Below, in pieces: positions 1 through 10,608 of a DNA stretch of 64,000 nucleotides. How positions within the stretch are numbered: position 1 is the stretch's first letter; the number at the start of each line of letters is the position of its first letter. A model generated the notes under the pieces. The model was not told where the DNA came from and made no database searches. It worked only from the letters and a program-made list of their open reading frames with translations. This stretch comes from an uncultured Gammaproteobacteria bacterium (GTDB taxonomy: Bacteria > Patescibacteriota > Microgenomatia > CAYQLK01). The stretch is from the NCBI GenBank assembly GCA_964404855.1, contig CAYOLO010000002.1, forward strand, positions 3,494 through 67,493, read 5' to 3'. Made by a program: the position numbers and the translations under genes.

Positions 1-1485
1 TTTGTCACCATCTGTTTTGATGTCTTGAGTAACTGTTTGTTGAATATAAAGGTTGCTTTTGGCGCCAGCGAAGTTGCTGTCGACGACTGATAAATAGTCA
101 CTTTCTGATTGTTTAATTTTGCCAGCATAACCTAGTTTTTCAGAAGCAACTTGGGTTTTTTCATCTTTAAAATTAAGCATTACATCTTTTTGTGCAAGAA
201 GTTTGAGTCCAAGCTCGATTAATTTTGGAAGCGTATCTTTGTTCGCACTCAAACTCTTATCCATGATTGCGTTCATCAAAACACCAATTAAGGCTTTTCT
301 TTCCTCAACAATAAAACCTCTTGGCTGTCCTGAACTTTCAAGTAGAGCGTAAACTATTTGCGGACAATCACAGGCAGGCACAATATCGTTGGTGTATTTA
401 ACACCTTCAATCTCGATTGGCCCTAGGACACTTAAAACATCAGAAAGTGCTCTAGTATTAACCGTGAAATACCCATCGACTGGCTGATACTGAGGTGATA
501 GTTTGTATAAATCTTCAAAAGCTAGTAGCGAAGTTGGAAGATCTGGTGAAAGGTTCGAATCGCGAAGGTTAAACGAATCTACTAAAGGTAGATATTTGAT
601 AATTGCTTCAGGTGCAGAAGGTTTATTGGTTATGGTGTCATCAAGATCGTAAATATTGTCAGACCCTTCGGCTTTAACCAAAGCTTTGTCGATGTTTAAG
701 TATGCATAAGCTGTAATAAATCCACCACCAGGTCTTAGTTCTTTGTCGTTAAGAAAAAGAACCATATATTTTTTAGCCCGATCGTCACCCATAATACTTG
801 GCAAAACCTCTAAAAGGGGCTTGGTTTCGGTCAAGACTTTTTCACCTTGAACGAGATAACTTTTGGCGAGGTTAATATTTGTTTTGGGTTTACCTGGAAT
901 AAAATCTGGATATCTGTTGGCGTTAATTTGCGCCATTTCCTTATTGGCCTTGGATAATTTTTCGTTTACTTTATCCAGTTCTGGCGTAATTTTTGATAAG
1001 GTTTGGATGGCTTTTTGCATTCTATCCTGGGCGGTTCCACCCAAAAAGTCGCCACTGCCAAGCCCAAGAAGGTCTGCGTATGGTTCAATAGATTCAGTAA
1101 TAATTAGACCAGCTTCTACACCTTGAACACCGGCTGACAGAGCGTGCTCAAGATCCGAAGGATATGACCCAATTAGAGGAATAAAGGTTAATGGCTTGTA
1201 AACAAGAGAGGCTGCTTGAGCTTTTTGCAAATCCCCTTTAGCCGAAGCTAGTTTTGATTTTGTTTCAGGTAAATTACCAGATCTTAGCGATACAACTGAA
1301 GCACTCAGGTTGTTTTTGGCATTTTTGAGGCTAGATCCAATAGCAAAAGCAGGAATACCTATATAAAGACCAAAAATTACAAAAATGCCGAGAATAATAA
1401 TAATTCGCTTTAATGACCTTTTTTTTTGTTTATTGCGATAAACATGGCTATTGTGAGATTGGTAGTTCGTTGAAAATTTAAGCAT
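1..1485 (-). CDS. DUF4012 domain membrane-anchored protein (3' end runs off window)
   Basis: Not in ORF track; segments translated by hand from ATG at 1485: MLKFSTNYQ...KKRSLKRIIIILGIFVIFGLYIGIPAF (N-terminal TM), KKYMVLFLNDKELRPGGGFITAYAY, LRDSNLSPDLPTS, VVDSNFAGAKSN, which match DUF4012 motifs. Confidence 0.85.
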   Translation of the reverse strand, partial: MLKFSTNYQSHNSHVYRNKQKKRSLKRIIIILGIFVIFGLYIGIPAFAIGSSLKNAKNNLSASVVSLRSGNLPETKSKLASAKGDLQKAQAASLVYKPLTFIPLIGSYPSDLEHALSAGVQGVEAGLIITESIEPYADLLGLGSGDFLGGTAQDRMQKAIQTLSKITPELDKVNEKLSKANKEMAQINANRYPDFIPGKPKTNINLAKSYLVQGEKVLTETKPLLEVLPSIMGDDRAKKYMVLFLNDKELRPGGGFITAYAYLNIDKALVKAEGSDNIYDLDDTITNKPSAPEAIIKYLPLVDSFNLRDSNLSPDLPTSLLAFEDLYKLSPQYQPVDGYFTVNTRALSDVLSVLGPIEIEGVKYTNDIVPACDCPQIVYALLESSGQPRGFIVEERKALIGVLMNAIMDKSLSANKDTLPKLIELGLKLLAQKDVMLNFKDEKTQVASEKLGYAGKIKQSESDYLSVVDSNFAGAKSNLYIQQTVTQDIKTDGDK

Positions 1486-1522
1486 ATTTTATCTGAATAA
1501 TCTAAATAAAGTAAGAAAATTA

Positions 1523-2161
1523 TTAGACAGCGCCTTTTTGAGAAAGTAGAGCAGGAACTGTGAGGATTATAATCTTTAAATCATACAAGATTGAGCGCTT
1601 TTTTGCATAATCCGCATCCAATTTGACCCTTTTTTCGAACGAAATATCGCTCCTACCAGAAACTTGCCAAGGACCAGTTAAGCCTGGTTTGGCAGTTAGG
1701 AGTGTTTTGACGTATTTTTTGGTTTCTGGGAAGGCTTTTTGCTGATTAATTAACTCGTCTGGATAATACGCTCTTGGCCCAACAAGACTCATTTCTCCTT
1801 TTAGAACATTAATAAATTGTGGCAACTCATCAATGCTTGTTTTGCGTATAAAATGCCCTAAGGGAGTGACTCTGGGGTCGTGTGATAGTTTGTAGGAATT
1901 TTTCTTGTATTCCTCATAAAGTTTCTTGAATTTTGGGTCACTTTGTAACAAAAGATGAGCATCTTTTATCATTGAACGGAACTTATACATTTTGAACGAC
2001 TTACCGTCTTTACCGCTTCTTTTAGGCACGTCGGCAAACACAGGTCCTGGGCTTGATCTTTTGATCGCGATTGCAATTACAGGAAAAATTAAACACAGAA
2101 TAGACATCCCAACCAGTGAACCGACTATATCGATTGTGCGTTTTGCGAAATCGTAAAACAT
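1523..2161 (-). CDS. Priming sugar-1-phosphate transferase (Bac_transf; PglC/WcaJ catalytic-domain-only type)
   Basis: [50 protein letters not shown] motifs. Confidence 0.95.
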   Translation of the reverse strand: MFYDFAKRTIDIVGSLVGMSILCLIFPVIAIAIKRSSPGPVFADVPKRSGKDGKSFKMYKFRSMIKDAHLLLQSDPKFKKLYEEYKKNSYKLSHDPRVTPLGHFIRKTSIDELPQFINVLKGEMSLVGPRAYYPDELINQQKAFPETKKYVKTLLTAKPGLTGPWQVSGRSDISFEKRVKLDADYAKKRSILYDLKIIILTVPALLSQKGAV

Positions 2162-2164
2162 TAT

Positions 2165-3268
2165 TTAAAGATAATCTTCGTGCCCTTCCTCTTTAAGTTT
2201 AATCACAGCATCTTTAACCTTTCCACTAGCATCTTTGGCGACGACTAATAGAGCGTCTTGTGTGTCAACAATTATTAGTCCCTTAACACCAACCGCAACG
2301 AGCATTTTATTGCCGTTGGTCGAAAAGAGTAAATTATCGCTGGATTCAACCGTAATTGATTTACCGGTCGACACGTTATCTTCAGGTAATTCGCCAAGCT
2401 CGTCTTTTAGCACATCCCATGTTCCCACATCACTCCAACCCAAATCAGCAGAAATTACTAGCCGTTCTGTTGGGCCGAGTTTTTCGAGAATTGCGAGATC
2501 AATTGAGGTTTTTTCGATTGTGGCAAATAAGTCTTTTACGGCTTTACTTGAGCTGTCTCCGTTTTTGACTAATTCTGAAATTTTTTGAAGTGTTTTGTAA
2601 GTCGTAGGCGCGAATTCTTCGTAGTAACCAAGGAGTGTTTTGGTTGACCAGACTGAGTAACCTAAGTGCCAAAGGTATTCCCAAGACTCAAGAAATTCTT
2701 GAGCTTTTTCTAGGCTAGGTTTTTCAATTTGGGCGATGAATTCGAATAAACCTAAATCTTCGATTTTTTCGATCATCTTGCCTGTTTTTATGTATCCTAG
2801 CTGGGTGCTTGGAAATGTTGCTCTGACACCAAGCTCAACAATTTTTGAGGTTTTGGCGCTGACCTCTGCGGCTTTACGCAAAGACTTCAAGAAATTCTTT
2901 TCATTTTTAATTAAATGATCACTCCAAAGACTGATAACGGTCGGGTTATTGAATTTGGTATCTAACATCATGGCGGCAAAACCAATAGCAGCCATGGTAT
3001 CTCTACCTTCGGGTTCGATAATAATATTTTCTAATGGAATATGCGGAGCCTGAGAAACGATATGGCCAACAAACTCCCTTCTGGCTACGGGGAAGATATT
3101 TACAGATCCAAACTCTTTTTCAAGGCTAGCAACTAATTTTTCGAATGTACTCTTGCCACCGATTAGTGGCTGAAACTGTTTTGGTTTGTCTGATCTGGAA
3201 GCAGGCCACATTCTTGAACCGCTACCTCCACAAAAAATTGCAATTTTTATCGATTGGTCTTTTGTCAT
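2165..3268 (-). CDS. manC: Mannose-1-phosphate guanylyltransferase (monofunctional, no PMI domain)
   Basis: GGSGSRMWPASRSDKPKQF, EPEGRDT, WSDH, EKP, SIDLAILEK, WSDVGTW. Confidence 0.9.
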   Translation of the reverse strand: MTKDQSIKIAIFCGGSGSRMWPASRSDKPKQFQPLIGGKSTFEKLVASLEKEFGSVNIFPVARREFVGHIVSQAPHIPLENIIIEPEGRDTMAAIGFAAMMLDTKFNNPTVISLWSDHLIKNEKNFLKSLRKAAEVSAKTSKIVELGVRATFPSTQLGYIKTGKMIEKIEDLGLFEFIAQIEKPSLEKAQEFLESWEYLWHLGYSVWSTKTLLGYYEEFAPTTYKTLQKISELVKNGDSSSKAVKDLFATIEKTSIDLAILEKLGPTERLVISADLGWSDVGTWDVLKDELGELPEDNVSTGKSITVESSDNLLFSTNGNKMLVAVGVKGLIIVDTQDALLVVAKDASGKVKDAVIKLKEEGHEDYL

Positions 3269-4335
3269 AGATATTTTGCTATATTTTGGATAAATTGACT
3301 CTGGCGGTATTTTAGCGCATTTTGATAGAGTTTGTCAGCTTTGAAGCTTGTCTTTTCAAAAACTTTAATTGCATTTATTAGTGACTGGGGTGTTTGTTTC
3401 TCGTAAAGTATTCCGGTTTCACCATTTATAACTGTTTCTTTGGCGCCTCCACTGTTTAGTGCAATTACTGGAGTGGAAAGTGCTTGCGATTCAACAGCGG
3501 TGATGCCAAAATCTTCGTCTTGAGGCATAATCATTGCTCGTGATTGAGAAACAATATCTGCGACTTTTGAATCATTGATCCAACCTGTAAACATAACATT
3601 GTCCCCTGCAATTTTTTTTAGCCGAGACATATCACTGCCTGTACCTATAATTATTAATTTTCTATCAGGTAGATTATTGAATGCTTGAATAGCGTAATCG
3701 ATTCTTTTCCATTTTTCTAAACGAGAAACTATGACATATTGATTGGGGGTTTTTGAAATAATTCTTTTCTTGAAATAGCTATCGTCTGCAAAAGGATAGA
3801 CCACCTGACTATCAAGACTATATATATTTTTTATTTTTTGTTGGATATTTTGCGAATTGGCTATCAATATGTCTGGGCGTCTAGTTGCCAAAGAATCGTA
3901 AAATTTTAACCACTTAAAAATTGGCGAAACAAGATGCTGAAGAAAACTATTGTTTATATATCTTTTCAAATTTTGTTCGGAATACAAAAATCTGGGTGGT
4001 GAGTTGATATAGCCAATATGAAACGTTTCTGGCCTAGTAATTACAGCTTTTGCAAACAATGTAGTAAGTGAAATTATTCGATCATAATTTGAGAGATCAA
4101 AGGATTCATAGGCTATCGGGAAGAATGCCAAATATGGCTTGGGATTTTGCGCAGCTCTGGGAAATTTTTGCAACCAAGAACATACAATTCTTGTTTTAAA
4201 TCGCTCAGGGACTAATTCAGGATTATAGATTACGGTGTATATTTTTGATTCTGGATACTCATCAGCCAGACACCAAAGTAATTTTTCTGCCCCTCCTGAT
4301 TGGGTAATGGGATCAAATATTAATGCTATTTTCAT
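3265..4335 (-). CDS. GT4 glycosyltransferase (WbaZ-like)
   Basis: GGAEK N-terminus, SRLEKWKRID, EDFGITAVES motif; ATG start at 4335 preferred. Confidence 0.9.
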   Translation of the reverse strand: MKIALIFDPITQSGGAEKLLWCLADEYPESKIYTVIYNPELVPERFKTRIVCSWLQKFPRAAQNPKPYLAFFPIAYESFDLSNYDRIISLTTLFAKAVITRPETFHIGYINSPPRFLYSEQNLKRYINNSFLQHLVSPIFKWLKFYDSLATRRPDILIANSQNIQQKIKNIYSLDSQVVYPFADDSYFKKRIISKTPNQYVIVSRLEKWKRIDYAIQAFNNLPDRKLIIIGTGSDMSRLKKIAGDNVMFTGWINDSKVADIVSQSRAMIMPQDEDFGITAVESQALSTPVIALNSGGAKETVINGETGILYEKQTPQSLINAIKVFEKTSFKADKLYQNALKYRQSQFIQNIAKYL

Positions 4336-5416
4336 ACACAAAAAGTGTTTGTTCGGCGGTTTTGCACCAGGAATATTTTTTTAGTTGTTTAGTACCTAGG
4401 TCTACTAGCCGATTTTTTTCTTTTTTATAGTTTTTTAGTAAAAATCTAATTTTTTCTTCTAAATCATCTACACTTTCGGGATTAAAATATATTGCAGCAT
4501 CCCCATATATTTCTGGAAGTGGACCAGCATCAGAACAGACTACAGGGGTTTTCATTGCCATAGCTTCTAACCCCGGAACGCCAAAACCCTCAGATTTTGA
4601 GGGGAACAAAAAAAACATCGAACCTTGATAAAGTGAAGCTATTTCTGCATCTTCAAGATTCTCTAAAAAAACAAATTGCTTACTGCTATATGTTAGGTTC
4701 TTGATATCGTTTAGATTCTTGTTGAATTTGCTAACAATCACAAACTGAAGTTCAGGAATTTTTTTGATGGCGTCGACAGCAAGTGTCAGATTTTTGTAAG
4801 GATAGCTATTACCTATATATAAACAATAATTGTCCTTAATTGAGTATTTTTTGTAGTCGAACACTTTTTTTACTCTAATGTTTTCAAACTGATCAGCACC
4901 TTCGTAAATTGCGGTTATTTTTTGACTGGAACAAGCTGGATAAGCAGACAAAATACGAGTCTTTGAATAGTTTGAGGGAGTGATAACGGATATCGACTTA
5001 TTAATGGCGTGATTAATAACTTTTTGATAAACAAAGTGTTTTAACTCGTATATAACCCTTGTTCTAGTTGAGGCCGAAAAATCCTTAAATTCGCTTTTAA
5101 TTAAATCGTGAATTGTAACGACAAAAGGTTTGTTGTAAAAAATTGGATGATTAAAGTGGGTAAAATGAACTAAATCTGGTTTTTGTGAATTAATTAATTG
5201 AATTAGTTTAAGTTGTTCGCTAAATCCATAATGGCCAATTTTTGTTTTGATAACTAATAAATTTTTTTGGCTTTGGATTTGAGCTGAATCATGAGTAATT
5301 AAAATAAACTGATGTTGTGGTGCGAGTTTGACAAGGTTGTTTACTAAGTTTTGGCTATATCTTCCAATTCCTGTGTGCTTGGGGCCAAAAAGTCTTGCAT
5401 CAATTAATACTCGCAT
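4313..5416 (-). CDS. GT4 glycosyltransferase (MtfB-like)
   Basis: IDAR...TGIGRY, TIHDL, YKNL, FPSKSEGFGVPGLEAMA. Confidence 0.92.
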   Translation of the reverse strand: MRVLIDARLFGPKHTGIGRYSQNLVNNLVKLAPQHQFILITHDSAQIQSQKNLLVIKTKIGHYGFSEQLKLIQLINSQKPDLVHFTHFNHPIFYNKPFVVTIHDLIKSEFKDFSASTRTRVIYELKHFVYQKVINHAINKSISVITPSNYSKTRILSAYPACSSQKITAIYEGADQFENIRVKKVFDYKKYSIKDNYCLYIGNSYPYKNLTLAVDAIKKIPELQFVIVSKFNKNLNDIKNLTYSSKQFVFLENLEDAEIASLYQGSMFFLFPSKSEGFGVPGLEAMAMKTPVVCSDAGPLPEIYGDAAIYFNPESVDDLEEKIRFLLKNYKKEKNRLVDLGTKQLKKYSWCKTAEQTLFVYENSINI

Positions 5417-5418
5417 TA

Positions 5419-6330
5419 TTATAAATACTTCAACTGAAATATTTTAATATTTTTTTTAATATCAATAAAAAGAAAAATTAATATTTCAAGTAATTTGGGA
5501 TATTGCTGACTGTAATGTTTATGGTAGAAAATTTTCATTGTTTCATAAAAATGTTTCGAGGTCCGAAGTCTGGTTTCGATGCTTGCTTTAGATTTTTTTT
5601 CTGAGTGTTTTTTAATACCAGAGGAAATGCCTTTTGTGTGCAAAACAATTGAAGAAGGGTTATAAAAAATCTGAAAGCCTGCTTTTTTTGCCCTGTAGCT
5701 GAAGTCAATATCTTCGGCGTACATAAAAAAATCTTCATCCAGTAATCCGATTTTATTGATAACTTCTTTTTTTATTAACATAAATGCGCCAGATGGAGAG
5801 TCAATTTCGTGAACCTTATCCATTGATTTGTACCACATATGATATTGACTAAATTTTGGATTAGAAGGAAAAAACTTTTCAAGACCAATAAAATAGCTAA
5901 AGGATACCCAAGGCGTCGGAAATCCTCGGTGAGAGGCTGGATCAATCTGGCCATTTGATAAAACTAATTTCGGAGTTACAATCCCAGCTTTTGGGTGAAT
6001 ACTAAGAAAGTCGACCATTTTAACAATTGTGTCTTTTGAAACTTTGGTATCAGGATTAAGAAGAAGCACATAACTTCCTTTGGATTTTTTGATACCAATA
6101 TTACATCCTGCGGCGAACCCGACATTTTCTGGATGATTAATGATAGTGAGCCAAGGAAGCTTAAGATGTTTAATTTGTGAAATACTGTCATCACTTGAGG
6201 CGTTATCGACAACAATACAATTTAATTTAAAATTTGATTTCAGGCTTGCCTTTAAGCTAAAAATGCAGTTTTTAAGATAAATACCGGCGTTGTAATTAAC
6301 AATGACTATATCGACTGTAGGTTTAACCAT
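5419..6330 (-). CDS. GT2 glycosyltransferase (WbbL/rhamnosyltransferase-like)
   Basis: IVIVNYN, VVDNASSD, NVGFAAGCN, LLLNPD, DEDFFMYAEDIDFSYR. Confidence 0.92.
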   Translation of the reverse strand: MVKPTVDIVIVNYNAGIYLKNCIFSLKASLKSNFKLNCIVVDNASSDDSISQIKHLKLPWLTIINHPENVGFAAGCNIGIKKSKGSYVLLLNPDTKVSKDTIVKMVDFLSIHPKAGIVTPKLVLSNGQIDPASHRGFPTPWVSFSYFIGLEKFFPSNPKFSQYHMWYKSMDKVHEIDSPSGAFMLIKKEVINKIGLLDEDFFMYAEDIDFSYRAKKAGFQIFYNPSSIVLHTKGISSGIKKHSEKKSKASIETRLRTSKHFYETMKIFYHKHYSQQYPKLLEILIFLFIDIKKNIKIFQLKYL

Positions 6331-6332
6331 AA

Positions 6333-7571
6333 TTATTTTTTAGTTAAGTCTCTATATATTCCATCAAGCTTGTTACCTATTACTTCCCACTCATAAACAT
6401 TCTCTACCAACTTACGAGCGTTTTTTGAAACTTTTTCTCGAAGTGGTTTGTTTTTTAGCAGTTTTACTACCATATCGGCTACCTGCTGAGGCGTCTCACC
6501 AACTAAAACACTGCTGTTATTTATTGCTTCAATCCCTTCTATGCCAACAGGAGTAGCTACGACGGGAGTACCGATTGCCATAGACTCTAAGATCTTTAAT
6601 TTTGTCCCTGAACCAATCCTAATTGGAGCAACTGACAGCCATGATTTGGTTAATATTTCTTTTTTGATTTCTTCTTCGACAAATCCGGTTACGGTAATGT
6701 TTTCGGAGTTTAATTTTGCTACATCATTACTTAGCATTCTTTGTATTCCTTTTGGAAGCAATGGTCCAACAATATAAAGATGAGCATCAATTTGACTGGT
6801 AACTAATGGCCAAATATTTTTTACGAAAAAAAACGCCGCATCAGTATTAGCAAAATACCTAAAGTTTCCCAGGAAAACAACCGTTGGTTTTGGATATTTT
6901 TTGGTTTTTGTTGGAACATAATGTTTTGTATCCACTCCGTTAGGAATTAAATCAGTAGCAACATTTATTTTTCTCTTTTTAAGATAGGATGTTAGTAGTA
7001 TTCTGTCTATTTCACTTGCAAATGTGACCTTGTCAAAATATTGGCAAACTTGGACTTCATAATTAAGCATTTTTCTGGCATCTATGTATCCAACCAGTTT
7101 GAGTAATGGATTCTTTTTTTGTTGAGCATTTCTAAAATAAACTTGAGCTTCCACGTCAACTTTGGCGAGTAAAATTGGGATTTTTATCTTATCTCTAACA
7201 GCCAGTAAGCTCTGTGCCATATAAAAAGTTTCAAGATGAATAAGATCTGGTTTTTCTTTTTTAATAACTTCAAGAATTAAATTCTCCGTTTCAGACGAAA
7301 AGTTATTTACTACTGTAAGGAATGAATATTTTGTAAGTAAAGTTCTGACTAGATTTTGTGCCGACCACGCCTTTCTCCTCAGTACTGGATAAATCTTAAA
7401 TCCTTGCTTTTCCAAAATCTTAACATCTTTAAATTCATCAGTGTTTTTTAGAAGACAGATTAAAACTATTTCGTGTTTTTTGCTTAGTTTTTTTAGAAAG
7501 TTGTAAACTCTAACTTTTCCACCCGTAATTGGTGGATAAGGAATATATGGTGATATTAGTAATACTTTCAT
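6333..7571 (-). CDS. GT4 glycosyltransferase
   Basis: PYPPITGGKVR, FLGNFRYFANTDA, PIRIGSGTKLKILESMAIGTPVVAT. Confidence 0.92.
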   Translation of the reverse strand: MKVLLISPYIPYPPITGGKVRVYNFLKKLSKKHEIVLICLLKNTDEFKDVKILEKQGFKIYPVLRRKAWSAQNLVRTLLTKYSFLTVVNNFSSETENLILEVIKKEKPDLIHLETFYMAQSLLAVRDKIKIPILLAKVDVEAQVYFRNAQQKKNPLLKLVGYIDARKMLNYEVQVCQYFDKVTFASEIDRILLTSYLKKRKINVATDLIPNGVDTKHYVPTKTKKYPKPTVVFLGNFRYFANTDAAFFFVKNIWPLVTSQIDAHLYIVGPLLPKGIQRMLSNDVAKLNSENITVTGFVEEEIKKEILTKSWLSVAPIRIGSGTKLKILESMAIGTPVVATPVGIEGIEAINNSSVLVGETPQQVADMVVKLLKNKPLREKVSKNARKLVENVYEWEVIGNKLDGIYRDLTKK

Positions 7572-8998
7572 TTATTTAGGGAAATAATTATATATTTATT
7601 TGTACGATATAAAACCTTGTTTTCTTTAGCAAGTTTTTCTATTCCTTCATCAAATTTTAGCGAAACAACGGCTGTGGCGCCTTGGTCTTTAAATACCGAC
7701 ATTTCCTCATAAAATTCTGCCCATCCTGGTCGATTCACATAGTACAGTAGCGATAAATCACCAGCTAGAGGTGCAATAACTTTGTCGTTGGCGTTTAACA
7801 GCTCATCAGCCTTTTTACCTGCCTCTACAATATCATTATTTGTTAAATAGTAACCTTTTACTTCGTAATACCCAAATGCAATTGAAATAATGATAAGAAA
7901 AACCGCAACAGAAACACTAATTGATTTTTCAATAAGGGACTGTCCAGTTTTCAGAAGATGGTCAATACCAAGTGCAACAAATACTGCTAATACTGGCATA
8001 TAAATATATTGATAGTAATCGTGACGAACGTTCGAAGAAGCAAAGATTACGAAATACAAAATCATTGAAAATAACCAAACAAAATAAAAATAATTCTCTT
8101 TATTCTGTCTTCTGGCTACCAGTCCAAAAAACATTAAAACAAAGCCACCTGTACCTAAAATTAATTTAGCAAGTCTTTCAAAAATTAACCATCTAAAAAA
8201 TGCTCCAGTGAATCGGATATCTCCATAATTTAAATACCAATTTGAGCCAATTTGAGCCTCGGGATAATTTGCTCCCCATGCCCGCCATAGGACCAAAGGA
8301 ACAAAAGAAATTAACAAAAAACCGTAATATTTTAAGGAATAGTAAAACAAACCATCTTTTATTAAGGCAAGGTAGATTATTGGAATGAGCCAGAAAACAA
8401 CATAAGGGTAACTGAGGCTTGCTAAGGCAAATAATATACTTGAAAGAAAAAAGGATATTTTAGAATTATTAAAATAATACCTACTAAATAACCATAGTGA
8501 AGCCAAGCCTAAGCAAACCATTGTTGAATTAGGCATTATGACTCTTCCGTAATAAATACTGTATGGCATAAGCGCAAATACTAGGGCGGCTATAATTGCT
8601 ACTCTGGAATTGGAAAACTTTCTGACTAATAAAAACAGGAAAACAGCCGAAAACGAGGCAAATATTGCAGAAACGAGTCTTGCGCTCGACTCATTAATAC
8701 CAAAAATATCCCAAACAAAACCAACAATTAGTGTGTAGATTGGAAACTCCAAGAAGGTTAAACCTTGTGGGTTTGGTTTTTTACTATCAGAAATAGCAAG
8801 AATATTATCGGTTCTAGGACGCAAAATATTAAACCCTTCATCAGCAAAATTCCTAGCCACCATCGCAGTATCTGCTTGTCTAAAGGAGTGCCAGTCTGTA
8901 ATTGAATTATCGATTTTGTAGAGCCTTGGCAGTAAAGTTATAAAAAAAATAACCCCAAGCAATATTAAAGATAGAAATATCTTTTTATATATCTTCAT
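7568..8998 (-). CDS. GT-C membrane glycosyltransferase (ArnT/PMT_2-like)
   Basis: Multiple TM helices; WHSFRQADT first loop, EFPIY, ARLVS, HDYYQ. Confidence 0.8.
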   Translation of the reverse strand: MKIYKKIFLSLILLGVIFFITLLPRLYKIDNSITDWHSFRQADTAMVARNFADEGFNILRPRTDNILAISDSKKPNPQGLTFLEFPIYTLIVGFVWDIFGINESSARLVSAIFASFSAVFLFLLVRKFSNSRVAIIAALVFALMPYSIYYGRVIMPNSTMVCLGLASLWLFSRYYFNNSKISFFLSSILFALASLSYPYVVFWLIPIIYLALIKDGLFYYSLKYYGFLLISFVPLVLWRAWGANYPEAQIGSNWYLNYGDIRFTGAFFRWLIFERLAKLILGTGGFVLMFFGLVARRQNKENYFYFVWLFSMILYFVIFASSNVRHDYYQYIYMPVLAVFVALGIDHLLKTGQSLIEKSISVSVAVFLIIISIAFGYYEVKGYYLTNNDIVEAGKKADELLNANDKVIAPLAGDLSLLYYVNRPGWAEFYEEMSVFKDQGATAVVSLKFDEGIEKLAKENKVLYRTNKYIIISLNK

Positions 8999-9018
8999 AT
9001 TGGCAATAAATAAATTAA

Positions 9019-10608
9019 TTATTTTTTCTTACTACTAGTTTTTGATGGCATCGCGTCAATAAATTTGGTTGCCGCCATAAGAATTGCAACTAAACCCCAA
9101 AGTGTAAATGCGACTTTTGATGCCTCAAAAATATCAATATATATTGCGTTAGCAAGCAAACCAATAACAGCACAGCTGATTCCAATGACTATCCCTGCAA
9201 TTGTGGGGTCAGTAATTTTTCTAATTGATTTGAAGCTCGCGTATATAACGTAAGCAATTATTCCAAAGAATGAAATAAAACCTGCTAGGCCAGTTTCACC
9301 CAATGATCGTAAATAGTCATTATCGGTCGATTCAGCCTCTGTGAATTCGTATTTTGTAGATTTGGTTAATGTCGAGTATCCTGATCCAAAAATTGGATTT
9401 GCCTTAAAACCGCTAATTGCTTGTGGCCATAACTTATCTAACCTAATTGCTGTAGATAAATCGTATTTAAGGGCGTTATCAGAATATTGTCTTGGTACAG
9501 CAGTCAAGGTTGATTCGCCTGCAGCATTGGTCGCGATGACGTAAATTGGCTGGTCGTTGGTAACATCACTAGGTTTTGTAGAAACAGGTTGTTGATCAGA
9601 CGCAGCTAGAGGACTATCTGGATTGTTTTCCAAAAACGCGGCTTTTTCAGTCGGTTTTTTTGCAAATGGATTTTGGGCTTTTTCAATTAAAGCTGTGAGT
9701 TGATCGTTTTTTATTAATCCGCTAAATCTTGAAGACAAGTCCCCAAACGACAACATAATTACAAGAGAAAACATCATAACAACTGTAAAACTAACGACTG
9801 CCTTGATTTTTTTTCTGTCCCAATAATAAACTCCCGCGACTGCTAAGGAAATTGCGCCCAAATACGCTAGAAACGAAATTCTCGAAGCGGTAAGAATTAA
9901 AATCCAGAAACTAAACACATACAAAACTATTAATCCGAGCTGAATAAGCTTTTTCTTTATCGTTAAAATAAAGCTTAATAGCAGTGTTAATGACATCATT
10001 AAATAGGCAGCCAAATCATAATGACCGCCAAATGTTGACAGCACTCTTGCATGTTCGGTTAAGTAAAGCGCCCAACCTTTCGAAAACTCTCTATTCATTG
10101 TAGAAAAGGCGGGAAAATACATATATTTTTGCGCAAAACCGTACACAGAAATAATCAGTAAAACAATAAAGGCAACGTAAATATATTTTTTAATTTGTTC
10201 TAAAGATTTGATTGACGCAAAAACAATAAAAAACATCGAAAAATACTCCAAACGCCTAAAGTAATGCAAAAACATTTTGCCAATATGATTGGCCTCAGGT
10301 GGAACTGACTGAGTAATAAATATTGCAGACAAACAGGATAACAAGCCGACAACTGCATAAATTATTATTGGCCATGTAAGTGGATTGTTTTTTAAACTAA
10401 CTTTTCCTCGAATTAAATAGATGCCAAAAGTGATAAATGCCAAAAATATCAAAATATCTTCTAAGCGAGCACGAACAATATAACCTGGGAGAATATCGAA
10501 TAAGGGAAATTTTGGATAAACAGGAATAAAAACTATTAGAAAAATAGCTATAAATTCTAAAAGGTGGTTGTCGACAAAATTTAGTATTGCTTTCACTGAT
10601 TTTACCAA
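9019..10608 (-). CDS. O-antigen ligase/Wzy_C-like polytopic protein
   Basis: About 12 TM; RVLSTFGGHYDLAAYL, LTASR, IRLDKLWPQAISGFKANPIFGSG, DNDYLRSLGETG. Confidence 0.8.
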   Translation of the reverse strand: MVKSVKAILNFVDNHLLEFIAIFLIVFIPVYPKFPLFDILPGYIVRARLEDILIFLAFITFGIYLIRGKVSLKNNPLTWPIIIYAVVGLLSCLSAIFITQSVPPEANHIGKMFLHYFRRLEYFSMFFIVFASIKSLEQIKKYIYVAFIVLLIISVYGFAQKYMYFPAFSTMNREFSKGWALYLTEHARVLSTFGGHYDLAAYLMMSLTLLLSFILTIKKKLIQLGLIVLYVFSFWILILTASRISFLAYLGAISLAVAGVYYWDRKKIKAVVSFTVVMMFSLVIMLSFGDLSSRFSGLIKNDQLTALIEKAQNPFAKKPTEKAAFLENNPDSPLAASDQQPVSTKPSDVTNDQPIYVIATNAAGESTLTAVPRQYSDNALKYDLSTAIRLDKLWPQAISGFKANPIFGSGYSTLTKSTKYEFTEAESTDNDYLRSLGETGLAGFISFFGIIAYVIYASFKSIRKITDPTIAGIVIGISCAVIGLLANAIYIDIFEASKVAFTLWGLVAILMAATKFIDAMPSKTSSKKK

